Positions 36,947-47,991 of a stretch of 64,000 nucleotides of DNA are shown one piece after another. The DNA comes from Mayamaea pseudoterrestris (lineage: Eukaryota): NCBI GenBank assembly GCA_027923505.1, contig BROI01000001.1, positions 1 through 64,000 of the forward strand, written 5' to 3'. Every line of letters begins with the position of its first letter. The stretch's first letter is position 1. A program made the position numbers and the translations under genes. The notes beneath the pieces are model-generated. The model ran no database searches. It had not been told where the DNA came from and saw only the letters and a list, made by a program, of their open reading frames with translations.

Positions 36947-38665
36947 ATGATACAATTCCGAAGCCGAAGGAGGAGAGCGAGAATGCTCGTCTATTATTTT
37001 ATTTTGCTTTTACACGTATCACGGATTTCGTCTCATCTTGCAAAGGAAGACGATTCAGGATCTTTACATAATACGCAGGATGAGCTACGAAGGAAACGCA
37101 AGCATAATGCATCGGATGCAGAGGCTCATTTGTATCAATCTGAAGGATCACTATGCGTCGTCAATGATGCATGCTACAGTGAAATCAACCTCGACGAAGT
37201 CTTGTCCGAGCAATTTCGCCTATCACAGCTTGCTCACAACTGCCGCAATCTACGAGACAATTGTCAAGCCCGAGCAGATCAAGAAGACTGCACTAATGCG
37301 ACTCATATGGAATACATGCATTCCTACTGTCCAAAATCTTGTCATACTTGCTGGAATCGTACACGTATTGTCGATGAAACGACGAAGCACTCTGACGTTT
37401 TGACAACCAAGCATGGAGTCACCCGGCGAATACCTGTACAGAACGTAACATCGTGGAGCAAAAATGCTGGAACTTACAATGTTTACAGTCAAAAAAGTAG
37501 GAAGACGAGCGAGAAGGAAGCGGCGTCGTCGTCTCAAGGCGCGGAACTAAATAGCGAATTGGAATTTGATCGTCCTCCGCATCCAACAATGAATGTGACC
37601 GCACTATGGACCAGAAAAGACGAAGGACGGATTATCGACGGTTATGGAAGCGACCTGGGCGTCCCACAGTTACTGTTCAGCGGACCATTACGAAACTCGA
37701 TTCTCCGTAACATCCAGTCGGCTCAAAGCTACTTTCATGACTTTATCATGATTGACAATCGCTACAGAGTCGTTCGCGAAAAATGTCGAAACTTGAATCC
37801 ATACTGCGCCGCCTGGGCTGTCGTGGGGCATTGCGACTCGGATGACTACTACAACTTCATGTCGGTCCAATGCGCACCCTTTTGCGAAACCTGCGCCGAC
37901 TTTCACGCCGAGTCAAAGTGTCCGATTGATTACAACGTTCCACATGCTTGGTATCCGGGCGATTTGAATCGCATGTTTGAACGTATACTGCAGGAGCAGG
38001 CTGAAAATAACAACTCCAATGTCACCATACTGAGCAGTCCAACGACAACGAATGGTCCATGGGTGTTGCAGATTGACGACTTTGTATCGTCAGAGGAAGC
38101 GGACCGACTCGTAGAGCTTGGTGCACGGGAAGGCTACAAGCGCTCCAAGGATGTTGGAAATGAAAGTGAAGACGGCGTGGCTAGCGAAGTAGTTTCATCG
38201 GGTCGAACATCGACGAACGCTTGGTGCGAGCCGTCGACGTGTGAATTTGAACAAGTGCCGCAACAAGTGGTGAGCCGCATTGAATCGCTGACTGGCATTC
38301 ATCGCAACTATTCCGAAGTGTTTCAACTACTGCGCTATGAAGAAGGACAGTTCTATAAAATCCATCATGACTACATCGAGATTGACCGCGAGCGAATCCA
38401 CGGAGTTCGAATAATAACCGTTTTCTTGTATCTCAACACTGTCGAAGAGGGAGGCGGCACCAATTTTCCATACTTAAACCTGACCATTATGCCCAAAAAG
38501 GGACGAGCCGTCATCTGGCCAAGCGTACTTGATGATCACCCACATGACAAGGATGTACGAACAGTGCATCAAGCCTTGCCGGTGAACAAGGGAATCAAGT
38601 ATGGCGCCAACGCTTGGATCCGTCAAAGACACTTTCGGGTAGCTACCTATGATATGGACTGCTAA
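36947..38665 (+). CDS. Prolyl 4-hydroxylase (2OG-Fe(II) dioxygenase) with ShK-like Cys domains and a probable signal peptide
   Basis: RTSTNAW, QLLRYEEGQFYKIHHDY (HxD), GGGTNFP and HQALPVNKGIKYGANAW. ShK-like motifs CPKSCHTC and CAPFCETC. Confidence 0.92.
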   Translation: MIQFRSRRRRARMLVYYFILLLHVSRISSHLAKEDDSGSLHNTQDELRRKRKHNASDAEAHLYQSEGSLCVVNDACYSEINLDEVLSEQFRLSQLAHNCRNLRDNCQARADQEDCTNATHMEYMHSYCPKSCHTCWNRTRIVDETTKHSDVLTTKHGVTRRIPVQNVTSWSKNAGTYNVYSQKSRKTSEKEAASSSQGAELNSELEFDRPPHPTMNVTALWTRKDEGRIIDGYGSDLGVPQLLFSGPLRNSILRNIQSAQSYFHDFIMIDNRYRVVREKCRNLNPYCAAWAVVGHCDSDDYYNFMSVQCAPFCETCADFHAESKCPIDYNVPHAWYPGDLNRMFERILQEQAENNNSNVTILSSPTTTNGPWVLQIDDFVSSEEADRLVELGAREGYKRSKDVGNESEDGVASEVVSSGRTSTNAWCEPSTCEFEQVPQQVVSRIESLTGIHRNYSEVFQLLRYEEGQFYKIHHDYIEIDRERIHGVRIITVFLYLNTVEEGGGTNFPYLNLTIMPKKGRAVIWPSVLDDHPHDKDVRTVHQALPVNKGIKYGANAWIRQRHFRVATYDMDC

Positions 38666-38776
38666 CAAAATCATATGTAATAATTTCTGTACCAATTTAA
38701 TGTTGCATTTTAGAATGTCTCGTCGTTGTTATATGCATTGGTCATATTCCAGTCGCCAAACGAGAAATCATTGTTG

Positions 38777-40804
38777 TTACGCCATAGCATCCTTCTTTGT
38801 AAAAGCCAAGTTGCGTAGAAATGCTCGAACATGCTTGCCATTCTCGCGCATCAATCCAACAGGCCGGTCCGAGAGTACTCTTGTCAAATGCGGTGGCGCG
38901 ATTTGGCTTTTGTTTTCCGTTGATAGCTGCGCATCGACATCATCCTCCTCCATGATGTAACCAACATCTTCATGATTGTCGTCTCCATCGTCATCGCCTA
39001 ATCCTCCAGCAATTATACTGACTCGCCTCACTCGCTCAGAACGCTGCTTTGGTGCACGGCGACGACCAGGACGTTGCGGAGACAAGGACCTTTGTGTGCG
39101 CTGCACGACATTTCTAGCACCTGCACCGCGCGACGGAGCCATGAGATGCTTGGATTCGTCAGTTGCATCCAAATCTAGTCGTCGATGATGAGGTGAAGGG
39201 CGCAACGGGGCCATGAGATGCTTGGACGCATCAGTTGCATCGAGATCAAGTCGTGAAGGACGCGAAGATGGACGCGACGGGGCCATGAGATGCTTGGATG
39301 CGTCAGTTGCATCCATATCAAAACGCTGGGGGCGAGAAGAAGTGCGCTTGCCTGTGCCAATTGCGGAGTCTGAGCGTTGATTCAATTCATTCACACTGAA
39401 GGAGCCTGCATCATCGAAACTATCCTCGACTTGCATTTTCGCATCACACTTTTCCATCCGTCGACGGGCCTGCCTCGTCGGTGACAGTGCGTTTCCATGG
39501 TGGTTGCTCTCGTGCTGCCCCTTGCGTGTCTGTGCATTCAAATGCTTGGAGATGCGATCAGAGGCAAATTTCGCTCCACGCGGATCAGTAATGTCAACCG
39601 CCATTCGTCGACGAGTAGCATTGTCTTTGGTAAGTGTGTCAACAGTAGCATCGTCCTCGTCTCCATTCTTCGCCACGGCACCACTGACTCGCATCGTTTT
39701 CTGGGAATGACTCTTGTCAATGCGCCTGCCTCCGTGACGTACAGGTGATTTTGAGGAGGCTCGAGCACTAGTTTCATTAGATGCCGCAGTAAGTACACTT
39801 GCATCGCTCCGATGGCGGCGATGTGACGGCGCCATGAGGGGCTTTGATACGCGGAGGGAAGCAAGGTTTGCGGCGCCGAATGGATCGCGGGTATCAAGTA
39901 CAAGGCGCGGCTGACGGATTTTAGGTGACAGCGTGCGATCCATGCCTTGCTCGTAGTCCTCCATGTTGCCGTACCCGTAGTCATCTTCATCGTCCTTTCC
40001 TCCAGCAATCAAGCTGACTCTCAAAGCCTTTTCCGAGTGACTCTTTTCCATGCGTCTTCGTCCACGCCGAATTGGCGAATTTGACAATACGCTAGTTGAC
40101 GTATTGACACTATTTTCGCCACTCCCATGCCGATTATGCGAGGGAGCCATGAGATGCTTGGATGTTCGCAGCGACGCAAGGGTAGTACGTTTGGTGCTAG
40201 GGCTTTTACCTTTTGCGTGGATGAGCTCGGGTGAAGATGCACTTGCGTCGTGATCTTTGCCAGCTTTGTCGTCGTGTTCCGTCAAGACAAAATCTCGAAA
40301 GCAGTTGTCATCATTCTCCCATCCTCCAGCAAGTCCGCTCACCCGAAGAGCCTTTTCCGAATGACACTTTTCCAAACGTTTCCGACCTGGTCGCCGCGGT
40401 GACTTGGAACGCTCGCCAATGAAAACTGTATCCGTGTTTACGACTGTTTCCGCTTGGCAATCATTTCCAATAGTCTTGCGATCCATGAGATGCTTGGAAA
40501 CACGCAGGGACGCTAGACCTGTGTAAGCCGACAAGCCGTACGGGTCGTTTAAATCAAGCTTCATGCGAGGCTCGCGACTGCTCAAAGTCGAAAAAGGAGG
40601 CGACGCTTCATCATCCGAATCAGTCACGGGCATAGTCACGTCGGCATGTAGCTGAAGCGTCGCAACCTCTTCGCATGCTCCAGCAGCAAACACTTGATCC
40701 TCTTCAATAATGATCCTCTCATCCCCCTTGCGTAACCAAGCCTCATCAAAGGATTGATCCGATGCACGAAAGACATCGAGACCTTGATTTCTCGACGACA
40801 TCAT
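38777..40804 (-). CDS. Hypothetical disordered protein with internal repeats, 675 aa
   Basis: Long ORF with recurring SKHLMAPS and EKxHSEKALRVS motifs. Confidence 0.8.
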   Translation of the reverse strand: MMSSRNQGLDVFRASDQSFDEAWLRKGDERIIIEEDQVFAAGACEEVATLQLHADVTMPVTDSDDEASPPFSTLSSREPRMKLDLNDPYGLSAYTGLASLRVSKHLMDRKTIGNDCQAETVVNTDTVFIGERSKSPRRPGRKRLEKCHSEKALRVSGLAGGWENDDNCFRDFVLTEHDDKAGKDHDASASSPELIHAKGKSPSTKRTTLASLRTSKHLMAPSHNRHGSGENSVNTSTSVLSNSPIRRGRRRMEKSHSEKALRVSLIAGGKDDEDDYGYGNMEDYEQGMDRTLSPKIRQPRLVLDTRDPFGAANLASLRVSKPLMAPSHRRHRSDASVLTAASNETSARASSKSPVRHGGRRIDKSHSQKTMRVSGAVAKNGDEDDATVDTLTKDNATRRRMAVDITDPRGAKFASDRISKHLNAQTRKGQHESNHHGNALSPTRQARRRMEKCDAKMQVEDSFDDAGSFSVNELNQRSDSAIGTGKRTSSRPQRFDMDATDASKHLMAPSRPSSRPSRLDLDATDASKHLMAPLRPSPHHRRLDLDATDESKHLMAPSRGAGARNVVQRTQRSLSPQRPGRRRAPKQRSERVRRVSIIAGGLGDDDGDDNHEDVGYIMEEDDVDAQLSTENKSQIAPPHLTRVLSDRPVGLMRENGKHVRAFLRNLAFTKKDAMA

Positions 40805-41504
40805 GCAATTGGTGCGACGAGACGAGTGACTAACTGTGGTTCGTATTGTTTGCGTTGACTTGTTGCTTTCTTGATCGCAACTCGCAGTAGCAATTCTTCA
40901 CTTTATGATTTGGAGACCTCTTGCTGTTTTGATCCCAGATGAGCGCAACTACTTGGCGGAGTCTGTGAGCAAGGCAATACTTGGCGACTCGACGGAGCTG
41001 CGGCTTCCGGTCATTCGCGGTCATGCATGATTGCGCAATGACTTTTGCGTCGCACCAGTACTGACGTAGCTATGTCATACCTGCTAACGAGTTGGTATCA
41101 TACGGCATTCAGTCCATGCTTCTCCGTTGCGGCCGATCAAAAGTAATAGACCAGAGATGGAAAGAAACATTCTTAGCACATAAATATAAGTATCTATGAC
41201 TAAAGGGGCAGCTGAATTCGCGACAGGGTCCCGCGCCGATGAATTGGAAGATCGTATCGGTACTTAACTTTTCATGAATGACAGCGTCGTCTCGGCACTC
41301 GCGGTTCCGGTCTGAAGCGTCTCGCCATGGCGGACACAAAATCCATGCAGCGTCCGTGCCACAAGTATTCTTGCATCTCTCCCGCCGTCATTCCTATTGA
41401 TCAAAGCGCGACTTGATAGCTGACGAGCTACGATCTGGAAGAGTCGCTGGGCGGATTAATAGAAGAGACGACGATTCTTTGCTTTTATTCAGATTCATTA
41501 TTCA

Positions 41505-42629
41505 TTGCTTTCTACTGTGGCTTGCAAAGCAAAAATTCTGCTCGGCGCCGTTACTGACAACACTATGGATCAAGGAGCGGAGCGTCGTCATCGAGTTTGG
41601 CTCGCCGGCGGCCGCAACTATTTCCTGGAGCAGCTCCGACGCATCCGCAGCCAAGCGCAGCAGCATTTGCACTTGTCGCAAAATTTACTCATGGTAATGA
41701 CCTTGGATGCAACCCTCTTAGTTTCTTTGCGCGAGACAATGATGCATCAGGGTAGTAGCATTTTGGAGCTTGGTCTCAATCTGTCCCAGATTGCAGATAA
41801 TAGTGCTTGTATGAATCCTCCGTCGGAGGAGCAAAAGGCTGCTTGCACGGTGGAGATTTGCACCATTTTGACAAATCTTCAGTCGCTGGAGCTTCAAAGT
41901 GTTAGACGTGAAAATGTTCCGGCAGTTTTGCATTTGCTTGGACCAACTTCACGTCTCGCGACGGTGCAGTTTTCGAACTGCAGACGACTGCCGGCGGCCG
42001 AGCTTGCATCTCTTGTACGAGCGACGTTTTCCTTGCAATCGCTTCGAACGTTGATCATCAAGAATGCAGATTTTTCTAGTAAAGAATTGACCGAAGCTTT
42101 TTGTTCTGGTTTGGATTCATCTTGTCTTGAGCAATTAGTATTGGGGACTGTAACTTTTGCGCCCGACCTCGTCGAGCTAGTTGCCATAGCTCTTGCAAGG
42201 TCATCGACTCTTGTGCAGCTCGAATATGTAATGCATCTAAATCATGAACTTTTTGAGGCGTACTGTCTAGCCTTATCAGAGAACCCAGACACGCAATTGC
42301 AACGGCTCTTGCTTGTTCAGGTTCCATTGGACATGACAATCGACCTGCGCGGCAACGAAGGTCGAACCACGGGTCCAGACGCAGCCATTTCGCAGCAAAT
42401 TCGAAACTTGCTCAAGTGGAACGTGCAGCGGCGTACCTGTCCGCCATTGTTCGCAGCCATTGGCAGCACCGAGAGTGGTCAAGCTTGTTGCGCTCGTTTG
42501 GTGGAGGCAATTACTGCGGTGGATGTTCCAGTATTGCACGAGTACCTTGTGACGAATCAGTTCAATCTGATCAGTCTCGTTCAGCACCATGGACGGAGTC
42601 GCAAGCGCAAGCGCAGTAACGAGGAGTAG
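41505..42629 (+). CDS. Hypothetical leucine-rich-repeat (RNI-like) protein; start uncertain
   Basis: LxxLxL repeats (NLQSLEL, SLRTLII, CLEQLVL, TLVQLEY, QLQRLLL) and a basic C-terminus RKRKR. Confidence 0.7.
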   Translation: MLSTVACKAKILLGAVTDNTMDQGAERRHRVWLAGGRNYFLEQLRRIRSQAQQHLHLSQNLLMVMTLDATLLVSLRETMMHQGSSILELGLNLSQIADNSACMNPPSEEQKAACTVEICTILTNLQSLELQSVRRENVPAVLHLLGPTSRLATVQFSNCRRLPAAELASLVRATFSLQSLRTLIIKNADFSSKELTEAFCSGLDSSCLEQLVLGTVTFAPDLVELVAIALARSSTLVQLEYVMHLNHELFEAYCLALSENPDTQLQRLLLVQVPLDMTIDLRGNEGRTTGPDAAISQQIRNLLKWNVQRRTCPPLFAAIGSTESGQACCARLVEAITAVDVPVLHEYLVTNQFNLISLVQHHGRSRKRKRSNEE

Positions 42630-43035
42630 CAATTGGTCTATGTTGGACGTGCGACCTCGATGAAGTCGCATTTCATTGTCGTGCGAGTTGATGGCGGTGC
42701 TTTGAACATCTGTACCAAACTTTGATATACCGGTATATATATATATATGCTCGGTCGATAGCTGTAATCATTGCGCACCTACTAATAGTGAGCAGTTACC
42801 AATGTATTCACATTCATGTCTCGTGCTACTACTCTACCTTAGCGGGACCTACGGAATCATGAAGGCTGTAGTTGATTTGCCTTCGTCACGACGTAACGGG
42901 TCATTCTTCAAGAGAATGGTTGGCAGGATGCTGCTACATATTATAATCAAAAGTGTCTATATAACTCATATATCGTTTCAAGTAAGCCATTACATGCTGC
43001 ACATGCAGTCGTGTAAAGGTAACAAAGTTTCCCAA

Positions 43036-43947
43036 TCAACGCTTCACTGCCGTTACCAAATTTGCTGCCATCAAAACAAACACTGGCGCATTCGCTCGTT
43101 CCACGTCTTGACGTTCGCCAGCACTGACACTTCCATGCACCATGTCCATCATCTTTTGCTTGGCTCGCTCCGCCGTGGCTTCGTCAACCTTGTCCAAATT
43201 CGCCATTGGATTCATTGCCACCAAGCTCCAGAGCGCATCGACATTGGGCCAAACTACCGAATGAATGGATCGCTGCACTGCTACATTGTCAAAGTCATCC
43301 GCCAAATACTCGTAAACCTTGTTAACATTTCCCCACTGCTTCCATGGCGCATCGGCATGAAACATGTTTGTCAATTCCGCCGTGGTGGCTTCAATTGTTT
43401 CGTGAAAGTTTGGTCCAAATCCAGCCTGCGAAATCCCCGAGTCACCCTGCAGACACGTCCAGGTAGTCGTTGCAAACCTTCCGTTTGGTTCCAGTACGCG
43501 CCGAATACTTTTCAAACATTCCGTGCGACTTGGAACGAGAAAGACGCCAAAGAGACTGACCACGAGCGAAACACTTGCGTCGTCAATTCCATCAAGCGTC
43601 GCTCCATCCTCCGTTGAAAAGACAAACTTGGTCAAGTAGCTTGACGGTAGTTGCGACTCAATCTCGTACTTGGCCTTGGCCACCATGTTTGGCGCCACGT
43701 CCGTGCAAATGATCGTTTGATTTTCCACGCCATTGGGAAACGCCTTGACGTAGTTTAATCCAAAGACGCCTGGGCCACAGCCAATGTCCAGAATCGTTTT
43801 GCAGCTGCGAATATAGTCGAGCGACAAGCTTCCAAACATCAAGTCGTTGGCAAAGAGTGACGTGAATCGAGAAACATGATCGTGGTAGTGCTGCGCAACG
43901 TCGTCCCACTGCTGCGGCTCATCGGTGTCATCGCGTTGCTGCTGCAT
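43036..43947 (-). CDS. Class I SAM-dependent methyltransferase
   Basis: Motif I ILDIGCGPG, then ICTDVAPNMV and RRVLEPNGRF. Start taken at MQQQRDD. Confidence 0.9.
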   Translation of the reverse strand: MQQQRDDTDEPQQWDDVAQHYHDHVSRFTSLFANDLMFGSLSLDYIRSCKTILDIGCGPGVFGLNYVKAFPNGVENQTIICTDVAPNMVAKAKYEIESQLPSSYLTKFVFSTEDGATLDGIDDASVSLVVSLFGVFLVPSRTECLKSIRRVLEPNGRFATTTWTCLQGDSGISQAGFGPNFHETIEATTAELTNMFHADAPWKQWGNVNKVYEYLADDFDNVAVQRSIHSVVWPNVDALWSLVAMNPMANLDKVDEATAERAKQKMMDMVHGSVSAGERQDVERANAPVFVLMAANLVTAVKR

Positions 43948-46900
43948 GATGATTCTCCTTGCAAATGACTTGCTTTTCAACCCTTGCCCAAGACAATTAC
44001 AATGATTTGAAAGGAGCAAATGGACAAGGAATATGATGGGTTGGATTATCTGAAACAGGATAATGGTAGCGGGCGAGATACAATATCGCGCTTCGCGCTT
44101 GCTCGTCTGCTTGATGCTGCTGAACGAATCAACGAGCGAAGATACAGCTAGCGAAGATTGCTTCAAGATGAACCGTGTAAGGATCCAAATAGTCTGCTCC
44201 CAAAAGAAGTAAGGCAGTGAGTAGGATCCAAATTAAACGGGTTGCTTCAGAAATCAACTGTAACGAATGTCGAATTTTCTTCGCAGAAGCGAAATTGCTG
44301 CCACAACTCGTCGCACCGGTTATGTCACGCTTCATTCACTTCACGACGATTTGGCGAGAGCTTTGGTCGTGGCGAGTAATTTGTATATCATAGTAGTGTA
44401 CGACTGACGAGAATATTAGAACCGGCAGAGCGAAAGAACATTGGTGAGCGCAGCTTGGATTCCGTCTGCCGCATCTCCGGCGTTGCTGGCGTAATGAATG
44501 TAAAGATGAGCTACTTGTGCCCACGGATCTATTTTTGATAGCAATCTCCTCGCGCATCCTTATCCATGGCTTGCTAAAAATCGGATAAGTCTTTGCCGCG
44601 TGTAAACTGAGTCGTTGACCCTCGCCTGTCAAGCATCCAGGGCATGGCGCCGTCGAAATATTCCAAGGAGCATTCGACTGTCATGCATTCAAAACACCGG
44701 GTGTGCGCTCCGTCACGTTGTCGCGCGGAAAGAGCTAAACGTGCTTCAACAAAGTTTCCAAGTGACCTTGCCGACAATCGATTTACCTTAACAAGACAAA
44801 TCGCTGGCCCTCCGATATGTTTCAGGCAGATTGTAGCCAAGCCATCCTACTAGTTCGATTGTGCATGGTGCACCTGAGTCATTGCCGCGAGCAGGTACTT
44901 TGAGTGGCAAAGGTCGGATTTTGCAAGATGCTCAATGACAAACAGCGGGCTGGACCAATCTATTAGAGTAAACGTTTGGCTTCGACACGGTGCAACAGTG
45001 ACTACTGATAATGATGTGCTTTGGCGGCTGCGATAGCAAGTTTTGGAAAATGTGAATTGTTATGAATCGCAACCTGATTTTGGTTCCACTTAAATGGCAA
45101 CCATTACGGCTAGCCTCGTACTCATCAGTGCTATTGGCGACCTGACAAGTCCATGCCGCAGCAGGACATCCTGCTTCTCTGTCGTCTCAAGTTTTAAAAA
45201 TGGCACCTACACATTTTCGCTGCTGATTGGACGTAGATAAGCAATTGCTGACTGTGAATCGTAAAAAACTGGAAGCGAGCTCCAAGCATGCGACCCGTTG
45301 CAAAATGAGCAAGAATCAAGCCACGCAATAAACGATGATTGTCGTATAAATCTCGTTCACTCAAGTAATGTTTGAACGATCCATGCCTCGGAACATACGA
45401 CGAGCACAACAGATCATTAAACAACCAAAAGAGCCGAGATATTCATATAAACAAAGTGACATCGACAAGTGAACCTGTGAAAATCGCGCATGAATTAGCA
45501 GCCACCCCAAAGGCAACAGTCAGACGCATTCGCCAGACGGTTGCGAATACAACTGGTTTGAGCCACTGTCAAATTGCTTATGTAAAATGGCGCGCAAAGC
45601 AATACATAAAATAGAAACTTTTGTCACTAGCGCGGTCGCCAAGCTTCGGCAATTGAGCACGAGGGACGCTGCACCATACTCATGTCAGTCAATCATGGTT
45701 TGCAAGTTCCTCCACGCGCTGATCTAATCGACTCAGACTTGTCGCTGCTATTGTCATCACTTATGACGCCGAGACGCCTCTGTCTCGTCCTGAGCGATAA
45801 TCAAAGAGCGGTTAAGTCAACAGGAGACGCACTGTAGCGTCGAGTGCTGAACGCAAGGAGCGCGACGGCATTGATCATGAAAATGGGTATGGGTTCATCC
45901 AATGGCCCACCACATCAACAAAGGCTATCACTCTTTGTAAGCTTTGCTATAGAAGCTGCGGTTCAACGTCCACTGACCGCGAAACAACCTACGGTAGGGA
46001 AACTCTGCCTATGAAGTCCCCGTGCGCAACCGCGTCACCAATAACTTTACTAGTAACCGCAATCAGCGCTATACGACGCCACGCCATCAAGCTGCGTCTC
46101 GTCAGGGCTTGGCCGTGCAAAATTACTGGATGTAAAGACGCACACCGCAACGCGAAACGATGCAACAACACGGAGATTGCTGGAATGAATTGTTCATCCA
46201 GTTTTGCAATATGCGAATTTAGTTGATTGTCGCTTAAAATCATATTGTTCATTGCTGCGTCTCCATGCTTGCTGTCGGCTAGTCGCGCCACACAATTAGT
46301 CGAGTCAATGACAACACTGTGGAGAAAACGTTTGCATTCCAATCAGATGCTCTAATGATGCAAGAAGTAGCCAGCGCTGCATGCTGAGATTTGGGCAGTC
46401 TCAGCAGCACAACTGCGCCAATCGGTCAATTATCGTTCCCGGACTCTTGACATTTGCGCACGACATCTGCAGCATGTTCTACCGACAGTGCCACTATTGT
46501 TTTGCTGCCGTTGCCGCCGCGAGGTGTGTGCGATGGCGTGCCGACTGCTCTCCGTTCATGCACCCAGCGTGATGTGCAAACATTGTAGGCTATAAGCCTC
46601 TTTTGCAAAGTAGGATGAAATGTGCATTGCTGGCATTTGACAGTGGCCATGCTGCAAGGAGCAAAAGAGTTACGAGCAGCTGATTGTCAAACAGATGCGG
46701 CGTTTGTGTTCGCAAACGTTGTCGACGAAAACGATGCGAGCTCGCGCAATTAAGTAAGCAAGCCTTTTTAAAAATATCCACTCCTAAAGAAGATTGCTAG
46801 CCATGATGATTGTCGCATCATTCACAAACATCGTTGCATGATGAGTCGGGTGGATAGTTGCTTGCCCCGCGTCCGTCGCCAATCGATGAGTCGCTGCTGC

Positions 46901-47991
46901 GAGCTTGATGCTAGCAAAGCAACATAGCTTTACGCATGTAGATTTACAAAGCCGCTCCAAGACATTTTGGGATTTCTGTACTTTAAACAATCCAAAATCA
47001 ACCTTGCATGAACACAAAATGATGATGAGCCGACGCTGCATTTGAAATAGCAAAGGTTGTCTTGCCCTCGCGCAAGATACGAGCGACAACTTGCTTTCAA
47101 CGATTCCCGACTGCGCGAGATTGCGGCCGGCTTGTTATTGCAGTCGCTGCCTTTTGCTGGAATCTTATGTGGCCATTGGCTGACTGCTCACTTGTCACCT
47201 GCCGTGCCATAGCCGATCTGCAATGCCATACTGTCAAGACTCGGGATCTTAATCAGCTCTTGTAAATGCTTGCTGCATGAAATCTTCAACGAATCCATCG
47301 CCCAAACTTGGTGCATTTATTATTGTCATGCTGTAGGTTTTAAGCAAGCAGCTTTTGTTATTTAAAACGTCGAAAGTGATGGCAGTGATGTATGCCGTCG
47401 GCCTTTGCAAAGTGGCGTACCGGTACTCAGTGCGACACGCAGGAAAAGGTTGGTTCGAGACGACGAGAAAAGCGCCGTGTGAAGTGCAGAGCGCTTTGAT
47501 ATGGGTTGAGTAGCTCGACATGCCACGCAACGGCAATAAAGACTAGACACATTAAAGATTTTGTAGACGCCACGTCAAGTAATTGCTTCAGCCATTGACA
47601 GGAGTACGCTTGTGCGGACTCACCCTGAAATCCGCCTGCATTTGCAAAGATAATGTCCATTCTTCACCATTTGGTAATCCTGTTGTAGCTTGACCTGTCT
47701 GCATCCAGAGCCATTCTTAAACTGAATGCCAGCCTGCACTGAGCTCATGAAAGCATTTGCGGGGACGCTACTTTGGAGTTTTTCAATGCTTATTAGATCT
47801 GCATCTTCTGCTAACCTGAACATCCGTCAAGCAGGAATAGATTCGATAGTGTCTACCACTCGCAAGTTAAACCATTATACATAGTTGCTGCACTGCATTG
47901 TAGTGGATTAATTCGCGTCTTTTACTACTTGCTTATTATCTTTTTCTTTTTATCTTGTTCATCAGTAGTCTGGTTTCCAGTCGCACGCTTC

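Noticed and set aside
42802..43617. 271-aa plus-strand ORF
   Set aside because: Mostly antisense to the methyltransferase gene, with no motifs.
44300..47900. 3.6-kb stretch with only short ORFs
   Set aside because: No recognisable domain, terminal repeat or RNA structure by eye. Left unannotated.
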